This document shows positions 1 through 11,112 of a stretch of 64,000 nt of DNA, in pieces. The notes below the pieces were generated by a model, which was not told the DNA's origin, did not search any database, and was given only the letters and a program-made list of their open reading frames with translations. Position 1 is the first letter of the stretch; every line of letters begins with the position of its first letter. This stretch comes from a virus (Duplodnaviria > Heunggongvirae > Uroviricota > Caudoviricetes): the IMG/VR virus record IMGVR_UViG_3300044715_000866, one strand, 5' to 3'. The translations under genes and the position numbers were made by a program.

Positions 1-3000
1 CCAATATACATTGCAATACCTGCGCCACCTGCGCCGCCAAGTCCGCCCCAATCACCGGTTATACCAGACACTGTGTTAGTTGAAGGTGTAGATACGCCGC
101 CGGGAATAAACGAAAACGACAATCCGTCAAAATTAGTAAGATCAATTATACCCTTAACTGAAGCTGCATTGCCGCCTGCACTGCCATCAAACGCTGCGCC
201 TGCGCCGCCGCCCGTGCCGCCGCCGCCAATTAATTCAATTTGATAAAAATTAACACCGGCAGTTTTTGGCCACCATTGATTTCCTGTCTTTTGATCAATT
301 TCAATAAAGTCATCACCTTTCATAACTTCAATAGGTTTAGTAGTAATAATGAACGGGGTGTTAGTAACAGGATCTGTAACTGTAAATTCAACTTGGAACG
401 AACCTGATGTGTTTACTGCTAATTTGTTTGCAAATAGTTTTAACTTAGCAGTTGACACTAACGGTGATGTTGGATCTATTACGGTTGTAAATGTTCCATT
501 GTTAACTAATTTAAACGGAGTGCTTGCAGAAGTTGATAGTGCTGTTGAGATTCCTTGTGGAGTGCGTGTAGAAATTTTCCATTTTACATCTAACGGTTTT
601 AAAACATTAGTATTAAATGGTGTTATTGCAATTATAATTTCGCCAGCACCAGATTCAATAATACGAGCCGGAGCAGACTGCACTGTTATCTCTATTGTTT
701 TAGTTACTACAGCAGGTTTTCCTGATGTATCTGTAATTACAACTTTTGGACACGGTGCTGCAAATGCAATTGGTATACCAGTTGCAGTGTTCATTACTTG
801 AATATAAAACTCTTTATCACCGTCAGTTGCTTGATCAATCGCTGCAGCAAGTTGTATTGTTACAGTTTTATTTGTTACTACTGCACTAGTAGCGTTTGCA
901 TTTAACGTACCGTTTGGTAATGTTGCAATTGTAAAATCTGCAGGTGTTAAGTTTTTAGTTGCTGGTGTAAGACCCTTAGGCCCAATTACAGTCCAGTATA
1001 ACCGCGAACCATTAGCTGCAGTTGGTGTAGTAATAGTATATGTTACCGGAACACCGTCTTCAGCAATTTTAGTTTTATCAGCTTTAATTGTATAAAATTC
1101 AATATCAGTTATAGTAATAATTGGAGTATTATCAATATTAATAATTGGTCCAGTTTGAGAACCAGATCTTAATACAATACTAAATGAATCATTTTCAGCT
1201 GGCAATTTATCAGGTGCTGCAGTTACCCCAAATGTTCCTACATGTCCAGTAATAGTAACTGTACCGGTTGCTTTTACAAAATCAGCAGGATCAATTGCTC
1301 CGGCAACTCCTTGAATAGACCAGTATAATGCAGTTTCTTTTGATATACCAGGAGTACGCACTGTAAATGTTACTGCTGATCCACTTTCTGCAATAGTAGT
1401 TACATCTGATGTTAATGTATAATTAGTACCATCAGAAACTGTTATAGTTGGAATAACTCCTGTTAACGGTGATAGCGGTAAACCACTTTTTGTTACAGCA
1501 ATTGTAAATGTATCGTTTGGTTCAATTTGTGCATCAGGTGCAGCAGTTACTGTAATTATAGCAGTACTATTTGCAACTGGTAGTGTTGTTCCAGAAAATG
1601 CTACAAAATCAGCGGATATCATTGTTCCGGTAACTTGCACAACTGTCCAGTTTAATGTTTCTCCGTTATCAGCAAATGGAGTTGTAACAGTAAACGTTAC
1701 TGATCCGCCTTCTGCAATTACAGTTGTATCCGAAATAATTGTATATGAAATAGATTCAGTAATTAGTACAGTTGGACTTGTAGTAACAGTGGTGCCTTCA
1801 ACTGAATCACGTTTTAATACTAAAGAATAAGTTTCATTACCTTCTGTATTGCTATCAGTAGCATGCGGAATGATAATTGTACCTTTATTTTTAACAATTG
1901 AAACAGTACCTGACATTTGTTTGTCAGCAAAATCATTCTCATTAATACCGCTTGTACTTGGAGTTGGTGTTATTACCCAGAATAAATCACCATCGTCCAT
2001 TTTTGGAGTAGTAACTTTAAAATACGCAGGAATGCCTTCTGCAAATGAAGTTACTTGTACTGTACTAATTTGAGATGCAGTTGGAGTAATAGTATAAGCA
2101 ACAGTTTCAGTGATTGTTACAGTAGGCGATCCTGTTCCTCCAATTGCAATCGATTGTCCAGTTGCCGAAGTTAAACTAATAGTAAATGATTCATCACCTT
2201 CTGTACCGGCATCTGATGCTGCATACAGTGTAAAGGTACCGGAATTAGTTGTGCTGTTAACTGTAAATGTCCCAGTTAACGATGAAAGTGTAGTACTTCC
2301 GCCAGCAGTTGTAACAAAGTCCTGAGCTGCAATTGAACCAGTTTTACCAACAATAGTATAGTTAAATATAGAATTAGCTTTAAGTTTTGGTGTATTTAAT
2401 GTAAATGTTACACCGTCGCCTCCTTCTGATATAGATGCAGTGTTAGCACTTAATACATACTCAACAACTTCCGAAATTGCAATAATTGGTGACGGAGATC
2501 CTAAAACAATTGGGGTTAAACCATTAGCTAATTCAATATGGAATGTTTCATTACCTTCAGTGGTTTCGTCAGCAGATGCATACAATGTAATTGTACCAGT
2601 ACCATAGCGACCGGCACCTGTACCAACACCGGTAATTGAAACATCGCCTGTTAACGAACCCGGACCGGGAGTTGGTGTTTGACCATCATTAAAATCAATT
2701 GCGTCTAATGTTCCAGTATTGCCAACAACGGTCCACCCTAATGTGTTTCCAATTGCTGATGCAGGCGTAGTAACTGTAAATGTTACAAGTCCAGCTCCTT
2801 CAGCAATAGAACGAGTCGATGGACTAATTGCATATTTTATTTCATCTGAAATAGTAACAGCGGTTGTACTAGTTGCTACTACTTTTCCGTATACTGAGCC
2901 AGTGCGTAATTCAAAGATAAATGAACGCACACCTGTTCCAGGCGACGATGATTGAGTAGTAACTGTAATTTCTTTAGTACCATTTGCTGGTGTTGATCCA

Positions 3001-6000
3001 TCATCATACGTAACATTTACTGCAGTTGGAGATACTGCAGTAACAAAATCAGTAATTTCTAACCCGGGACTTCTAAATAATGTCCAATATAAATTTGTAG
3101 TATTTGTTACGTTTTCAGTATGGACAGTAAACACTACTGCGCCACCTTTAATTATACTTGTTGCACTAGTTGTAACAGAATATACCGGTGCCTCTGGTTC
3201 CGGTACTTCAATGTCAATTGAAGTATCTTGGATAGTAACAGGTACACTTGAAACAACTACAGGAGATCCGTATGATGTAAGTCTAAGTTCTATAATAAAC
3301 GCATCAACACCTTCAGTTAATACATCGTCTTTAGCAGTTCTTATAATAGTACCTTCGTTACCAACAATTGTAACTTTACCTTGTAACGTACTATCTTTAA
3401 AATCTGCTTCAGACACTGTGCCAGACGCAGAACGAGTGGTCCAGTACAATTCAGTGTTATCAGCAACTTTTGGTGTTTTAACAGTAAATGTTACACTGCC
3501 TGGTCCTTCTGTTACAGTTGATGTACCTGCAATAACTTGATAGTTAACAGTTTCAGATATTGTAATTTCTCGGGTAGTTTGTTCAACTGGTCCGTCAATA
3601 TCGTCTAATCTTAATTCAACTTGGAATGTTTCACTACCTTCAGTTAAACTATCAGGTCTAGCAGCAATAATAAACGAACCTCTATTGTTTTGAATAGAAA
3701 CTCTACCAGTTAATCGTTGTGCCGACCCGCCTTGTGCATCGGAAACAATGAAATCATCTGCAGTAATGTTACCAGAACCTGGTAAGATTGACCAATATAC
3801 TAACGAGCCGTTTGATACTTTTGGAGTAGTAATATTAAATGTTACACCTGCTCCAGTTTCTGCAATTGACTGAGTCGATGGAGTAATTGAATATTTTACA
3901 TATTCTGAGATTGTAACCGGATCGCCAATTTTAACAGTTGTACCAGATGCAGATCCTGTTTTTAATACTAAATGGAAAGACTCATCACCTTCAGTTAACG
4001 CATCAACTACTGCAGTTCTTGTAATAGAGCCGATGTTATTAGTGATAGTAACTGTACCAGTTAATGTGTTATCAGTAAAATCACTTGCAGTAATAGTTCC
4101 AGTATCAGTTACAGTTGACCAGTATAACACAGTACCGTTTGCTACTTTTGGAGTCTTAATTGTAAACTCAACACCAATTTGGCCTTCAGTAATTGCAGAT
4201 CTTTGTGATATAATATCATAAACATTTGGTTCAGTAATTGTTGAACTTTGACTTGATACTAAAATTGCGCCACTTACACCGTCAGTCTCACGAATTTCGA
4301 CACGGAACTGTTCAACACCTTCAGTTAACGTGTCGTCTTTTGCACGAATTAAAAATTTACCAACGTTGTTATTAACTGCAAATGTTCCAGATACACCATC
4401 AACTAGATCATCTGCATCAACTGTGCCAAATTCAGATACTACTCTATAATATAAATTCTTACCATTCTCTAATGCAGGAGTATTAACTGTAAAATTAATG
4501 CCCAATCCACCTTCGGCCATTGCACTATAATCTTTTGTGATTAAATAACTAACAGATTCTGTTATTGATACAGTTGGACCTTCTTGTAGCTCGTTAGTCA
4601 TTGCTGCATCAGAATAGAATGTTAAATGAAACGATTCAAGACCTTCTGTTACACCGTCTGCTTTTAAATAACGAGGAACAACACCAATTTGATTTGATAT
4701 TAATACTGATCCAGACAACAACCCGTCATTGAAATCACTTCCGTTTATTGTTCCAATATCAGAAAATGTTTGCCAATATAATCTAGTGTTAATTGGTAAT
4801 TTTGGTGTTGTAATTTTATAGTTAACTGCTAGCACCGAACCTTCAGGTACTGTTGTTAAACTTGTAGATACTAAGTAAGGAACATCCGGAACAACCACTG
4901 CAGTATCAACAATTTGCATTAGATAACTGATTTGTACTTGTCTTTTAACTCCGGTAGTAGCATCAATTGTAGATAACACAATTTGGAAAGATTCAATTTG
5001 TTCAACTGCTTTATCATCAACTAATGTTCTAACAATATCAGCAGTATTGTTCCAAATTGTAATTGTACCAGTTAATGTGTTGTCTTCAAAATCAGCAGCA
5101 GTTATACCAGCTGTTAACCCTTTTGTTGCCCAATATAATTGTGTATTATCTGCTACACCGGTTGTTACAACTGTATATGTAATTGTGTTACCTTCAGCAG
5201 TTGCACTAACTGATTGTGATACAAAATTGTAAGATGGTGTTGTTCGTATCACAGGTACTGTTAATGATAAATCGTTAATTATCTCAGGTGCTGATGCAAT
5301 TGTTGCTACTACCGGAGATGTTAATTCAGGTGCTACTCGAATTTCAACTACAAATTTTTCAGTTCCTTCAGTAAATTTGTCATCGCTTGCAGTTAAAGAA
5401 AACGATCCAAATCCGCTAGTAATAGCAAAGCTATCTTGTAACGTAGCTTCAACAAAATCAGCAGCAGTGATGCCATATCCTTTTACATTCCAATATAACG
5501 GAGCATCGTCAAAGTTTACAGTAGTAACAGTAAATGTTACTCCAGTTTGACCTTCACCAATTGAAGTTGAGTCACGTGTAATAATAAATGACGGATTAGC
5601 TTGTCCTGCAGACATTTCGCCAACTGCAGATGGAGCAGGAACTGCTACAAATACACCACTTGCATGATACGCCCTAACATTGCTTGTTAATGTTCCATTA
5701 ACGTTTGGATCTGACAATGATGTAGATCCATCTGTAAATTCAACAGTAAATTCAATTGTTCTACTGTCAACTAATCTTGCACTTAGTTTATAAGTGTTTG
5801 GTTTAAGTGTATCAGTAGTTAATTTTTGAAATATAACTTGATAAGAATCAGTTAATCTTGAATACCCAATTGATGTTCCAACTGATTTAGTTGACGAAGT
5901 TGCACTTCTTTTAAAACTTATTACACCAATGTTTGCTAATAAACTAGTCCATGATGAATTTTTTGTTGTAGACGCGCCTGCAGAACGTGACGCAGAAAAT

Positions 6001-6452
6001 TCAATTGAGCTACCTGTATTAAAGTAGTTACGAATTGCATCTTCATCAACAAATTCAGCAGTTACAATTTGGGTAGTTGTGCCATTCCAATCAGTTGTAA
6101 TAGTATCCGATACTAATATATCGCGAGCTGCTTGTGCAGCAGGTGGAGTAACTGTACGGTTTGCTTCTACTTGTTTAAGAACTGTTTCAAATGCAGCCCA
6201 TTGTGTGGCAGTAATTGAGTTAGTAATTGGAGTAATTGGTAGTGTAGTAAGTACACCAACTTGATGTTGTTTTGCTGCTAAAATATCAGTTCTTAAATTC
6301 TGAAAATCGAGCAAATTAGCCGGATTATTTGCAGCTAATTGTTGACTTAATGCAATTTGTCCGTAACCATAATCGCCGTCACCAATTTCAAGAATTCTTG
6401 AAATCCGTACCTGCATTGCATTAAAACTGGTTGTATCTGGTAGTGTTGCCAT
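1..6452 (-). CDS. Very large virion fibre/adhesin (>2150 aa, 3' end outside window): N-terminal virion domain, about 14 Calx-beta/Ig-like repeats, Gly-rich region
   Basis: Absent from the ORF track because its stop lies outside the window. ATG at 6452 (MATLPDTTSFNAMQVRISRILEIGDGDYGYGQ...). The same frame reads ...GDWGGLGGAGGAGIAMYI at positions 3-56. Stretches I translated by hand contain no stop. Confidence 0.85.
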   Translation of the reverse strand, partial: MATLPDTTSFNAMQVRISRILEIGDGDYGYGQIALSQQLAANNPANLLDFQNLRTDILAAKQHQVGVLTTLPITPITNSITATQWAAFETVLKQVEANRTVTPPAAQAARDILVSDTITTDWNGTTTQIVTAEFVDEDAIRNYFNTGSSIEFSASRSAGASTTKNSSWTSLLANIGVISFKRSATSSTKSVGTSIGYSRLTDSYQVIFQKLTTDTLKPNTYKLSARLVDSRTIEFTVEFTDGSTSLSDPNVNGTLTSNVRAYHASGVFVAVPAPSAVGEMSAGQANPSFIITRDSTSIGEGQTGVTFTVTTVNFDDAPLYWNVKGYGITAADFVEATLQDSFAITSGFGSFSLTASDDKFTEGTEKFVVEIRVAPELTSPVVATIASAPEIINDLSLTVPVIRTTPSYNFVSQSVSATAEGNTITYTVVTTGVADNTQLYWATKGLTAGITAADFEDNTLTGTITIWNNTADIVRTLVDDKAVEQIESFQIVLSTIDATTGVKRQVQISYLMQIVDTAVVVPDVPYLVSTSLTTVPEGSVLAVNYKITTPKLPINTRLYWQTFSDIGTINGSDFNDGLLSGSVLISNQIGVVPRYLKADGVTEGLESFHLTFYSDAAMTNELQEGPTVSITESVSYLITKDYSAMAEGGLGINFTVNTPALENGKNLYYRVVSEFGTVDADDLVDGVSGTFAVNNNVGKFLIRAKDDTLTEGVEQFRVEIRETDGVSGAILVSSQSSTITEPNVYDIISQRSAITEGQIGVEFTIKTPKVANGTVLYWSTVTDTGTITASDFTDNTLTGTVTITNNIGSITRTAVVDALTEGDESFHLVLKTGSASGTTVKIGDPVTISEYVKYSITPSTQSIAETGAGVTFNITTPKVSNGSLVYWSILPGSGNITADDFIVSDAQGGSAQRLTGRVSIQNNRGSFIIAARPDSLTEGSETFQVELRLDDIDGPVEQTTREITISETVNYQVIAGTSTVTEGPGSVTFTVKTPKVADNTELYWTTRSASGTVSEADFKDSTLQGKVTIVGNEGTIIRTAKDDVLTEGVDAFIIELRLTSYGSPVVVSSVPVTIQDTSIDIEVPEPEAPVYSVTTSATSIIKGGAVVFTVHTENVTNTTNLYWTLFRSPGLEITDFVTAVSPTAVNVTYDDGSTPANGTKEITVTTQSSSPGTGVRSFIFELRTGSVYGKVVATSTTAVTISDEIKYAISPSTRSIAEGAGLVTFTVTTPASAIGNTLGWTVVGNTGTLDAIDFNDGQTPTPGPGSLTGDVSITGVGTGAGRYGTGTITLYASADETTEGNETFHIELANGLTPIVLGSPSPIIAISEVVEYVLSANTASISEGGDGVTFTLNTPKLKANSIFNYTIVGKTGSIAAQDFVTTAGGSTTLSSLTGTFTVNSTTNSGTFTLYAASDAGTEGDESFTISLTSATGQSIAIGGTGSPTVTITETVAYTITPTASQISTVQVTSFAEGIPAYFKVTTPKMDDGDLFWVITPTPSTSGINENDFADKQMSGTVSIVKNKGTIIIPHATDSNTEGNETYSLVLKRDSVEGTTVTTSPTVLITESISYTIISDTTVIAEGGSVTFTVTTPFADNGETLNWTVVQVTGTMISADFVAFSGTTLPVANSTAIITVTAAPDAQIEPNDTFTIAVTKSGLPLSPLTGVIPTITVSDGTNYTLTSDVTTIAESGSAVTFTVRTPGISKETALYWSIQGVAGAIDPADFVKATGTVTITGHVGTFGVTAAPDKLPAENDSFSIVLRSGSQTGPIINIDNTPIITITDIEFYTIKADKTKIAEDGVPVTYTITTPTAANGSRLYWTVIGPKGLTPATKNLTPADFTIATLPNGTLNANATSAVVTNKTVTIQLAAAIDQATDGDKEFYIQVMNTATGIPIAFAAPCPKVVITDTSGKPAVVTKTIEITVQSAPARIIESGAGEIIIAITPFNTNVLKPLDVKWKISTRTPQGISTALSTSASTPFKLVNNGTFTTVIDPTSPLVSTAKLKLFANKLAVNTSGSFQVEFTVTDPVTNTPFIITTKPIEVMKGDDFIEIDQKTGNQWWPKTAGVNFYQIELIGGGGTGGGAGAAFDGSAGGNAASVKGIIDLTNFDGLSFSFIPGGVSTPSTNTVSGITGDWGGLGGAGGAGIAMYI
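728..5600 (-). repeat. About 14 tandem degenerate Calx-beta/Ig-like protein repeats (roughly 110-125 aa each)
   Basis: Recurring pattern Y-x-I...SIxEG..VTFTVTT...LYW...I.A.DF....L.G...I.N..G......D..TEG.E.F...L, read by hand. Confidence 0.75.
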
Positions 6453-6471
6453 TATTTTTCCTTTTTAAATA

Positions 6472-8025
6472 TTAAAGTATAAGTGCTTCAATAGTGTTGC
6501 CTTCCGTGTTATCACTATCATTGAGCGCAATTGCAAAAACTAAACTTGCACATTCACTTGTTAACGATTTTGCTAGACCGGTATCTGTGGCAATTAACCG
6601 ATCACCTTTTTTAATAGCCCCAGTTGTTTTTACTGGAACTCGCCCTTTTAGTGCAACTATTGTGCCGTTAGCTAGCCCAACATTCATTATGTATGCCGGA
6701 TTTGCCGAAACTACACCGATTGCACGATGCCCTGATTGTGCAGCAGTAACTTCGGCATCTCCTCCAATTATTAATACTGTACCAACATCGTATGTGTCAT
6801 CTGCTAAATATTTTTCCGCTAAGTCAGCGTTAACGCCTAAATATGCTTTTCCTGCAAATTCAGTTGCATAAATTGATCCAGCTGCTATTTCATAAGATAT
6901 AGGAACTATTGTTACTCCATCTGGAGCTAATGTAGTAGTATTCCAAGTAGTTACTGTAGATGTTCTAACTGGAATTGAATCAGCAAAGTCTGCTTCAGTC
7001 GTTGCATTAGTAGCATGCCCATTTAATGCACCTTCAAATGATGCTGCATACATATTAAGAAACTGATTGTCAATTCCGCCTAAGTTAGTAACATCATTAG
7101 TACCTGGGAAAATATCAGCACCGTTTAATGTTAATGCAGTATTTGTTTCTAGGGTTACGGAATCAGTAGTTTGAAATACAATAGTTTCGCTTTTTCTATT
7201 TTTAATTGTAGGAACTTCTAATTCATTATAAATTTCTAAAATTTGGCCTGGTCCTACTGTAAATCCATCATCAGAAAAGTTTGCAGCGTTTGGAAACACT
7301 GGTGAAGCTACAGTAATATAACCCTCTGCCGGTGTACCTGCTAACTTATCTGAATTAGATGCAGTACCATTAAATTTATAACCAGTTTCACTTATTGTAG
7401 AAGTTTCAGCGTCTAACCCAGAAAGTGTTATACCTTTATGAATTAATGCAAATCCATTTAACGCAGTAGCTTCGTCTACGCTTAACGCAGTAGTGTCTAA
7501 ATTAAATTCAATTTCACTAATTATAAATGTTATAACGTTGTTAACAATTGCTTCAATAACCTGGTGAGGATTACCAACATCATCAGGTAAGCTAGTTATT
7601 TTTAATTGAGTATTTGCATTTATAACTTGACCGCCAATATATATATCGCGGTTACTAGTAGATCGGCAGTATAACCGTTCAGTTACTGAATTCCACCAAA
7701 AATCACCGACGGTTAACCCTGGGGGTGAAACGCCGTCTTCAACAATGTTGTTTACTGCCACGGTGCGCCACGCACCGGCGCCGTAGTTTACTTTTAATTT
7801 TCCAAGACTGCTGTCATACCATAACTGCCCAATAATTGCACTTGGCGGAGCTGTACGACTAGCAAAATTTTCAAGCAGCCACACAAAATTTTCATTTTGT
7901 GCTTCGCCATAACCGGCATAATTCTTGCCGATCAGCTTTAAATCAAGTGTGGTATTAATTGTGCCGTCGTCAACGATGATTGCCGAACTACCACTACTAT
8001 TATATCTGTCAATGCTATAAGCCAT
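6472..8025 (-). CDS. Tail fibre/baseplate-attached virion protein with C-terminal intramolecular-chaperone-like (peptidase G2-type) domain
   Basis: N-terminal LIGKNYAGYGE..NENFVWLLENFA...GQLWYD domain shared with both neighbours. C-terminal ADLAEKY...GTVL.IGG..EVT...IGVVS.NPAY.MN...ALKGRVPVK. Confidence 0.7.
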   Translation of the reverse strand: MAYSIDRYNSSGSSAIIVDDGTINTTLDLKLIGKNYAGYGEAQNENFVWLLENFASRTAPPSAIIGQLWYDSSLGKLKVNYGAGAWRTVAVNNIVEDGVSPPGLTVGDFWWNSVTERLYCRSTSNRDIYIGGQVINANTQLKITSLPDDVGNPHQVIEAIVNNVITFIISEIEFNLDTTALSVDEATALNGFALIHKGITLSGLDAETSTISETGYKFNGTASNSDKLAGTPAEGYITVASPVFPNAANFSDDGFTVGPGQILEIYNELEVPTIKNRKSETIVFQTTDSVTLETNTALTLNGADIFPGTNDVTNLGGIDNQFLNMYAASFEGALNGHATNATTEADFADSIPVRTSTVTTWNTTTLAPDGVTIVPISYEIAAGSIYATEFAGKAYLGVNADLAEKYLADDTYDVGTVLIIGGDAEVTAAQSGHRAIGVVSANPAYIMNVGLANGTIVALKGRVPVKTTGAIKKGDRLIATDTGLAKSLTSECASLVFAIALNDSDNTEGNTIEALIL

Positions 8026-8045
8026 CTGTGTATCCTTGTTTAATG

Positions 8046-8052
8046 TATTTAT
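8046..8052 (-). promoter_or_regulatory. T4-like late promoter core ATAAATA
   Basis: Motif about 20 nt upstream of the ATG at 8025. The same motif precedes many structural genes. Confidence 0.55.
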
Positions 8053-8062
8053 TCATATTGTA

Positions 8063-9064
8063 CTATGTTAGTATCGAACTTACTGTAATAACGTCATTTA
8101 CTTGTCGCCATTTAATTACAGTATCTTCCTCTGATGTACCAGTACCTGATGACAATTTAAAAGTTCTAACAGTTTTAATACTGCCATCTGTACATAACAC
8201 TCGACATGTAGGCAACTGATCTGTAAAATTGCCAACATCAAAATCAGCAACCGGAAATAACTTCTCTAACATTAATCCAATTTTAGTATGTTTTTCAGCA
8301 TCGTTTGCTGCATTATGCAAACCGGAAATATCTAACGAAATTGCATACGGTGCAGTTTGCTTAACTGCAGTGAGTAATCGTTCATTATTAACTACATCAT
8401 TAGTGCCAGACGATGTCCTAACATTTGTAATTAATGGTTTTGTTTCATTTTCTGAATTTGGATTATTACTAACTAAGTTCAAACCTTGATTTATTGGATC
8501 CGGGCCAGCTTCAGTAGATGGCCAACCATAAATTACAGGCAAACTATTTGTGTCAATAATAAATGAGTCACTACTTATTACTGCAACTAACGTGTCATCA
8601 ATCATTAATTTTATTACTGTATGAGAATTTTGATCAGTACCATACACTGACACTACACTAATTCCAGTCATTGACGAATCTTGAGGGCCTACTAAAAATG
8701 TTTCAACTCCATTATTGCACCAAAGTTGACGTGAATTTGACTTGATCCAAATATCACCTTGAGAAATTGAACTAGGCATCATTGGAGCTACAATAGTACC
8801 GCCTGAAACTTTATATCCTTTACCGTCATACACTTTTAATCTTTTTTCTAACGTGTCAAACCATAATTGCCCAGGTATAGATTGTTTAGGTTGTGTTGAA
8901 TTTGCAAAATTTTCTAATAATCGAACTAAATTTTCATTTATATATTCGCCATATGCATTAGCACTTTTACCAATTAACGTTAAATCAGTTGTAGATTGAT
9001 CAATATTTCCGTCAATAATTTCAGTTAGTACTGTACCATCTGTCTTGTTTATTATGTACGTCAT
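8063..9064 (-). CDS. Virion structural protein, paralogue of both neighbours
   Basis: TDLTLIGKSANAYGEYINENLVRLLENFA...GQLWFD motif. Confidence 0.7.
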   Translation of the reverse strand: MTYIINKTDGTVLTEIIDGNIDQSTTDLTLIGKSANAYGEYINENLVRLLENFANSTQPKQSIPGQLWFDTLEKRLKVYDGKGYKVSGGTIVAPMMPSSISQGDIWIKSNSRQLWCNNGVETFLVGPQDSSMTGISVVSVYGTDQNSHTVIKLMIDDTLVAVISSDSFIIDTNSLPVIYGWPSTEAGPDPINQGLNLVSNNPNSENETKPLITNVRTSSGTNDVVNNERLLTAVKQTAPYAISLDISGLHNAANDAEKHTKIGLMLEKLFPVADFDVGNFTDQLPTCRVLCTDGSIKTVRTFKLSSGTGTSEEDTVIKWRQVNDVITVSSILT

Positions 9065-11109
9065 TAAATAACACCTGTAAAAATAATATAATTAATTGTC
9101 TGATATGGGTTCATAATCGAAGATGCTTGTTCGTTAACACCTACGCTAGTTACCGTTGCTTTACTTCCAGTTGCATTAACTGACGCTAGTTGACCAATTG
9201 TTTCGTTACCTGCACCGTACCCTAAGGTTGATGCTGCTAAATCATGTACTCGATTAGCCGGTAATGCACCGTTTACTCCTACACCGTTACGATTTCCTCC
9301 AGCAGTAGCAGTACTTCCAGATGCTAATGATATCGAAAGTTCGTTGTCCATATCATCTTTACCTAACGGGAACCTACCTCTTAAATCAGGTAATGCAAAC
9401 GTACTCACACCTAACAGTAATGTTTGATTTCGATAAGAATGCCCAATAACATCAAATAACCCTTTGTATTTTTTAATTACTAATTCTGATCCATCACAAA
9501 ACAAATACCCAGATGGTACTGTAGTTCCTGCAAACGGAAAAATTGATCCAACTGGCACAACCGGTACTGATGATAAAAACTGTGCTTTAGTAATTGTTTG
9601 AATACCAAATCCAGTTTTATTTCTAAATATTAACATTTGATCAGTATCTAATGCAGTAGCCGATGCAGGTTTAGATGTAAAAAAATCTGCACTTACTTTT
9701 GTTTCAAACACAACCGGAGCAGTTCCATTAAAATTAACATTTGCCGACGTTATGTCTCCACTGAGCGAAAATGCTACAGATTGTGTTAGTGACGCTGCCG
9801 ACCCGTTAACGTTACCAGCAAGTGTTCCATTAAATACACCGTAAAACTGTGATTTAGGAGCTACACTATTTGGAGTTATTGCATCTGCAGAGCCAAACGA
9901 CATTCCAAATACATTTCTAAATGGTTGTGTTGTTGCTCCAATATCATAAATTGGAACTGCAGTTGCCATTGGTACTAATACTGACCCTGATGTGTCTTTG
10001 CTTAATGTAACAGTATCAGCAAACTTAGCTAGACTTCCAAAATTTGATTGTTTAGCAACTGACAAACCACCGGCAGTAATTATGCTACCAGTTCCAATAG
10101 CTGTTGAATTAGCAGTCCCGTCAATAAATAATGATCCACTAATTAAAACATCACCTAATACATCTAATTCTTTTTGAGGGTTTAAATTATTACCAATTCC
10201 TACAAATGGAGCATTATTAGTTTTTTTAATAAACAATCCAGACACAGGCGACTCTGTTGGATTACCAAATGCAAAATTAATATTCTTATTTGCAAACGAT
10301 GTTAAACTAATAGCCGATACCGACGAACTAATACCAAAACTTGAATCTTTTCCAATAGTAATACCGTCATTTGAACTAACCCTTAACGACCCAGAAATTT
10401 CTGAATTTTTATCAGATCGTAAAAAATTAATAGCACTAACTACATTACCATCGTAATTTAAATTATCTGCAGAGAACGCAGTACCCCATAATTTATTAAG
10501 TTGTGTACTGTCAGTTACATTAGATTCGCTCGATAATGTTAATCCTCTACCAATTACCGAAAAACCAACTGTAACAACTTTTGGAGTAAATTGTGATTCA
10601 CTAATTATTGCAATTCTATCGTTGTTTGCATACAGTGATAGAATTGACCGAGTAGTATCGTCATCTGCTATCATTGACTCTGGTTTTGTTCCGGTTAGTA
10701 TTCCGTCGCTAAACTGCGGTCCAACTACTTGCCAATTAGTTCCTGAGAAAATTTTCAACTGTTGTTGCTCAGTGTCAATCCACAAATCGCCTCGCTGACC
10801 GCTAGGTTCAGTGTTTGCTTTTTTTATTAATCCAGTTGGAATAAACTCAGAACCGTTATATACTCGAAGTTCATTAATATCAGTTGTAGTATTAAACCAT
10901 AACTGACCAGTTACTGGCTTAGTTGGCATTGAATCAGATGCAAAATTTTCTAACAAATGTAAAAAATTTTCTGCAATATATTGTGCATACCTTGGTTTAT
11001 TTCTACCAACAAACGTAAGATCAGTCTCGTCGTTATAGGTTTCATCTGTAACTTGCAATGATCCAGATGCCGGATCAGTAAATCTAACATCATATGAATT
11101 ATTTGCCAT
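9064..11109 (-). CDS. Short tail fibre-like protein with phage tail-collar domain
   Basis: Shared N-terminal domain (TDLTFVGRN...ENFLHLLENFA...GQLWFN). Collar motif PVGSIFPFAG..PSGYLFCDG...LF.VIG...F.LPDLRGRF. Confidence 0.8.
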   Translation of the reverse strand: MANNSYDVRFTDPASGSLQVTDETYNDETDLTFVGRNKPRYAQYIAENFLHLLENFASDSMPTKPVTGQLWFNTTTDINELRVYNGSEFIPTGLIKKANTEPSGQRGDLWIDTEQQQLKIFSGTNWQVVGPQFSDGILTGTKPESMIADDDTTRSILSLYANNDRIAIISESQFTPKVVTVGFSVIGRGLTLSSESNVTDSTQLNKLWGTAFSADNLNYDGNVVSAINFLRSDKNSEISGSLRVSSNDGITIGKDSSFGISSSVSAISLTSFANKNINFAFGNPTESPVSGLFIKKTNNAPFVGIGNNLNPQKELDVLGDVLISGSLFIDGTANSTAIGTGSIITAGGLSVAKQSNFGSLAKFADTVTLSKDTSGSVLVPMATAVPIYDIGATTQPFRNVFGMSFGSADAITPNSVAPKSQFYGVFNGTLAGNVNGSAASLTQSVAFSLSGDITSANVNFNGTAPVVFETKVSADFFTSKPASATALDTDQMLIFRNKTGFGIQTITKAQFLSSVPVVPVGSIFPFAGTTVPSGYLFCDGSELVIKKYKGLFDVIGHSYRNQTLLLGVSTFALPDLRGRFPLGKDDMDNELSISLASGSTATAGGNRNGVGVNGALPANRVHDLAASTLGYGAGNETIGQLASVNATGSKATVTSVGVNEQASSIMNPYQTINYIIFTGVI

Positions 11110-11112
11110 ATC

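Noticed and set aside
349-6264. Series of + strand ORFs in the track
   Set aside because: Antisense shadows of the long minus-strand fibre gene. They are Val/Ser/Thr-rich mirror translations without RBS.
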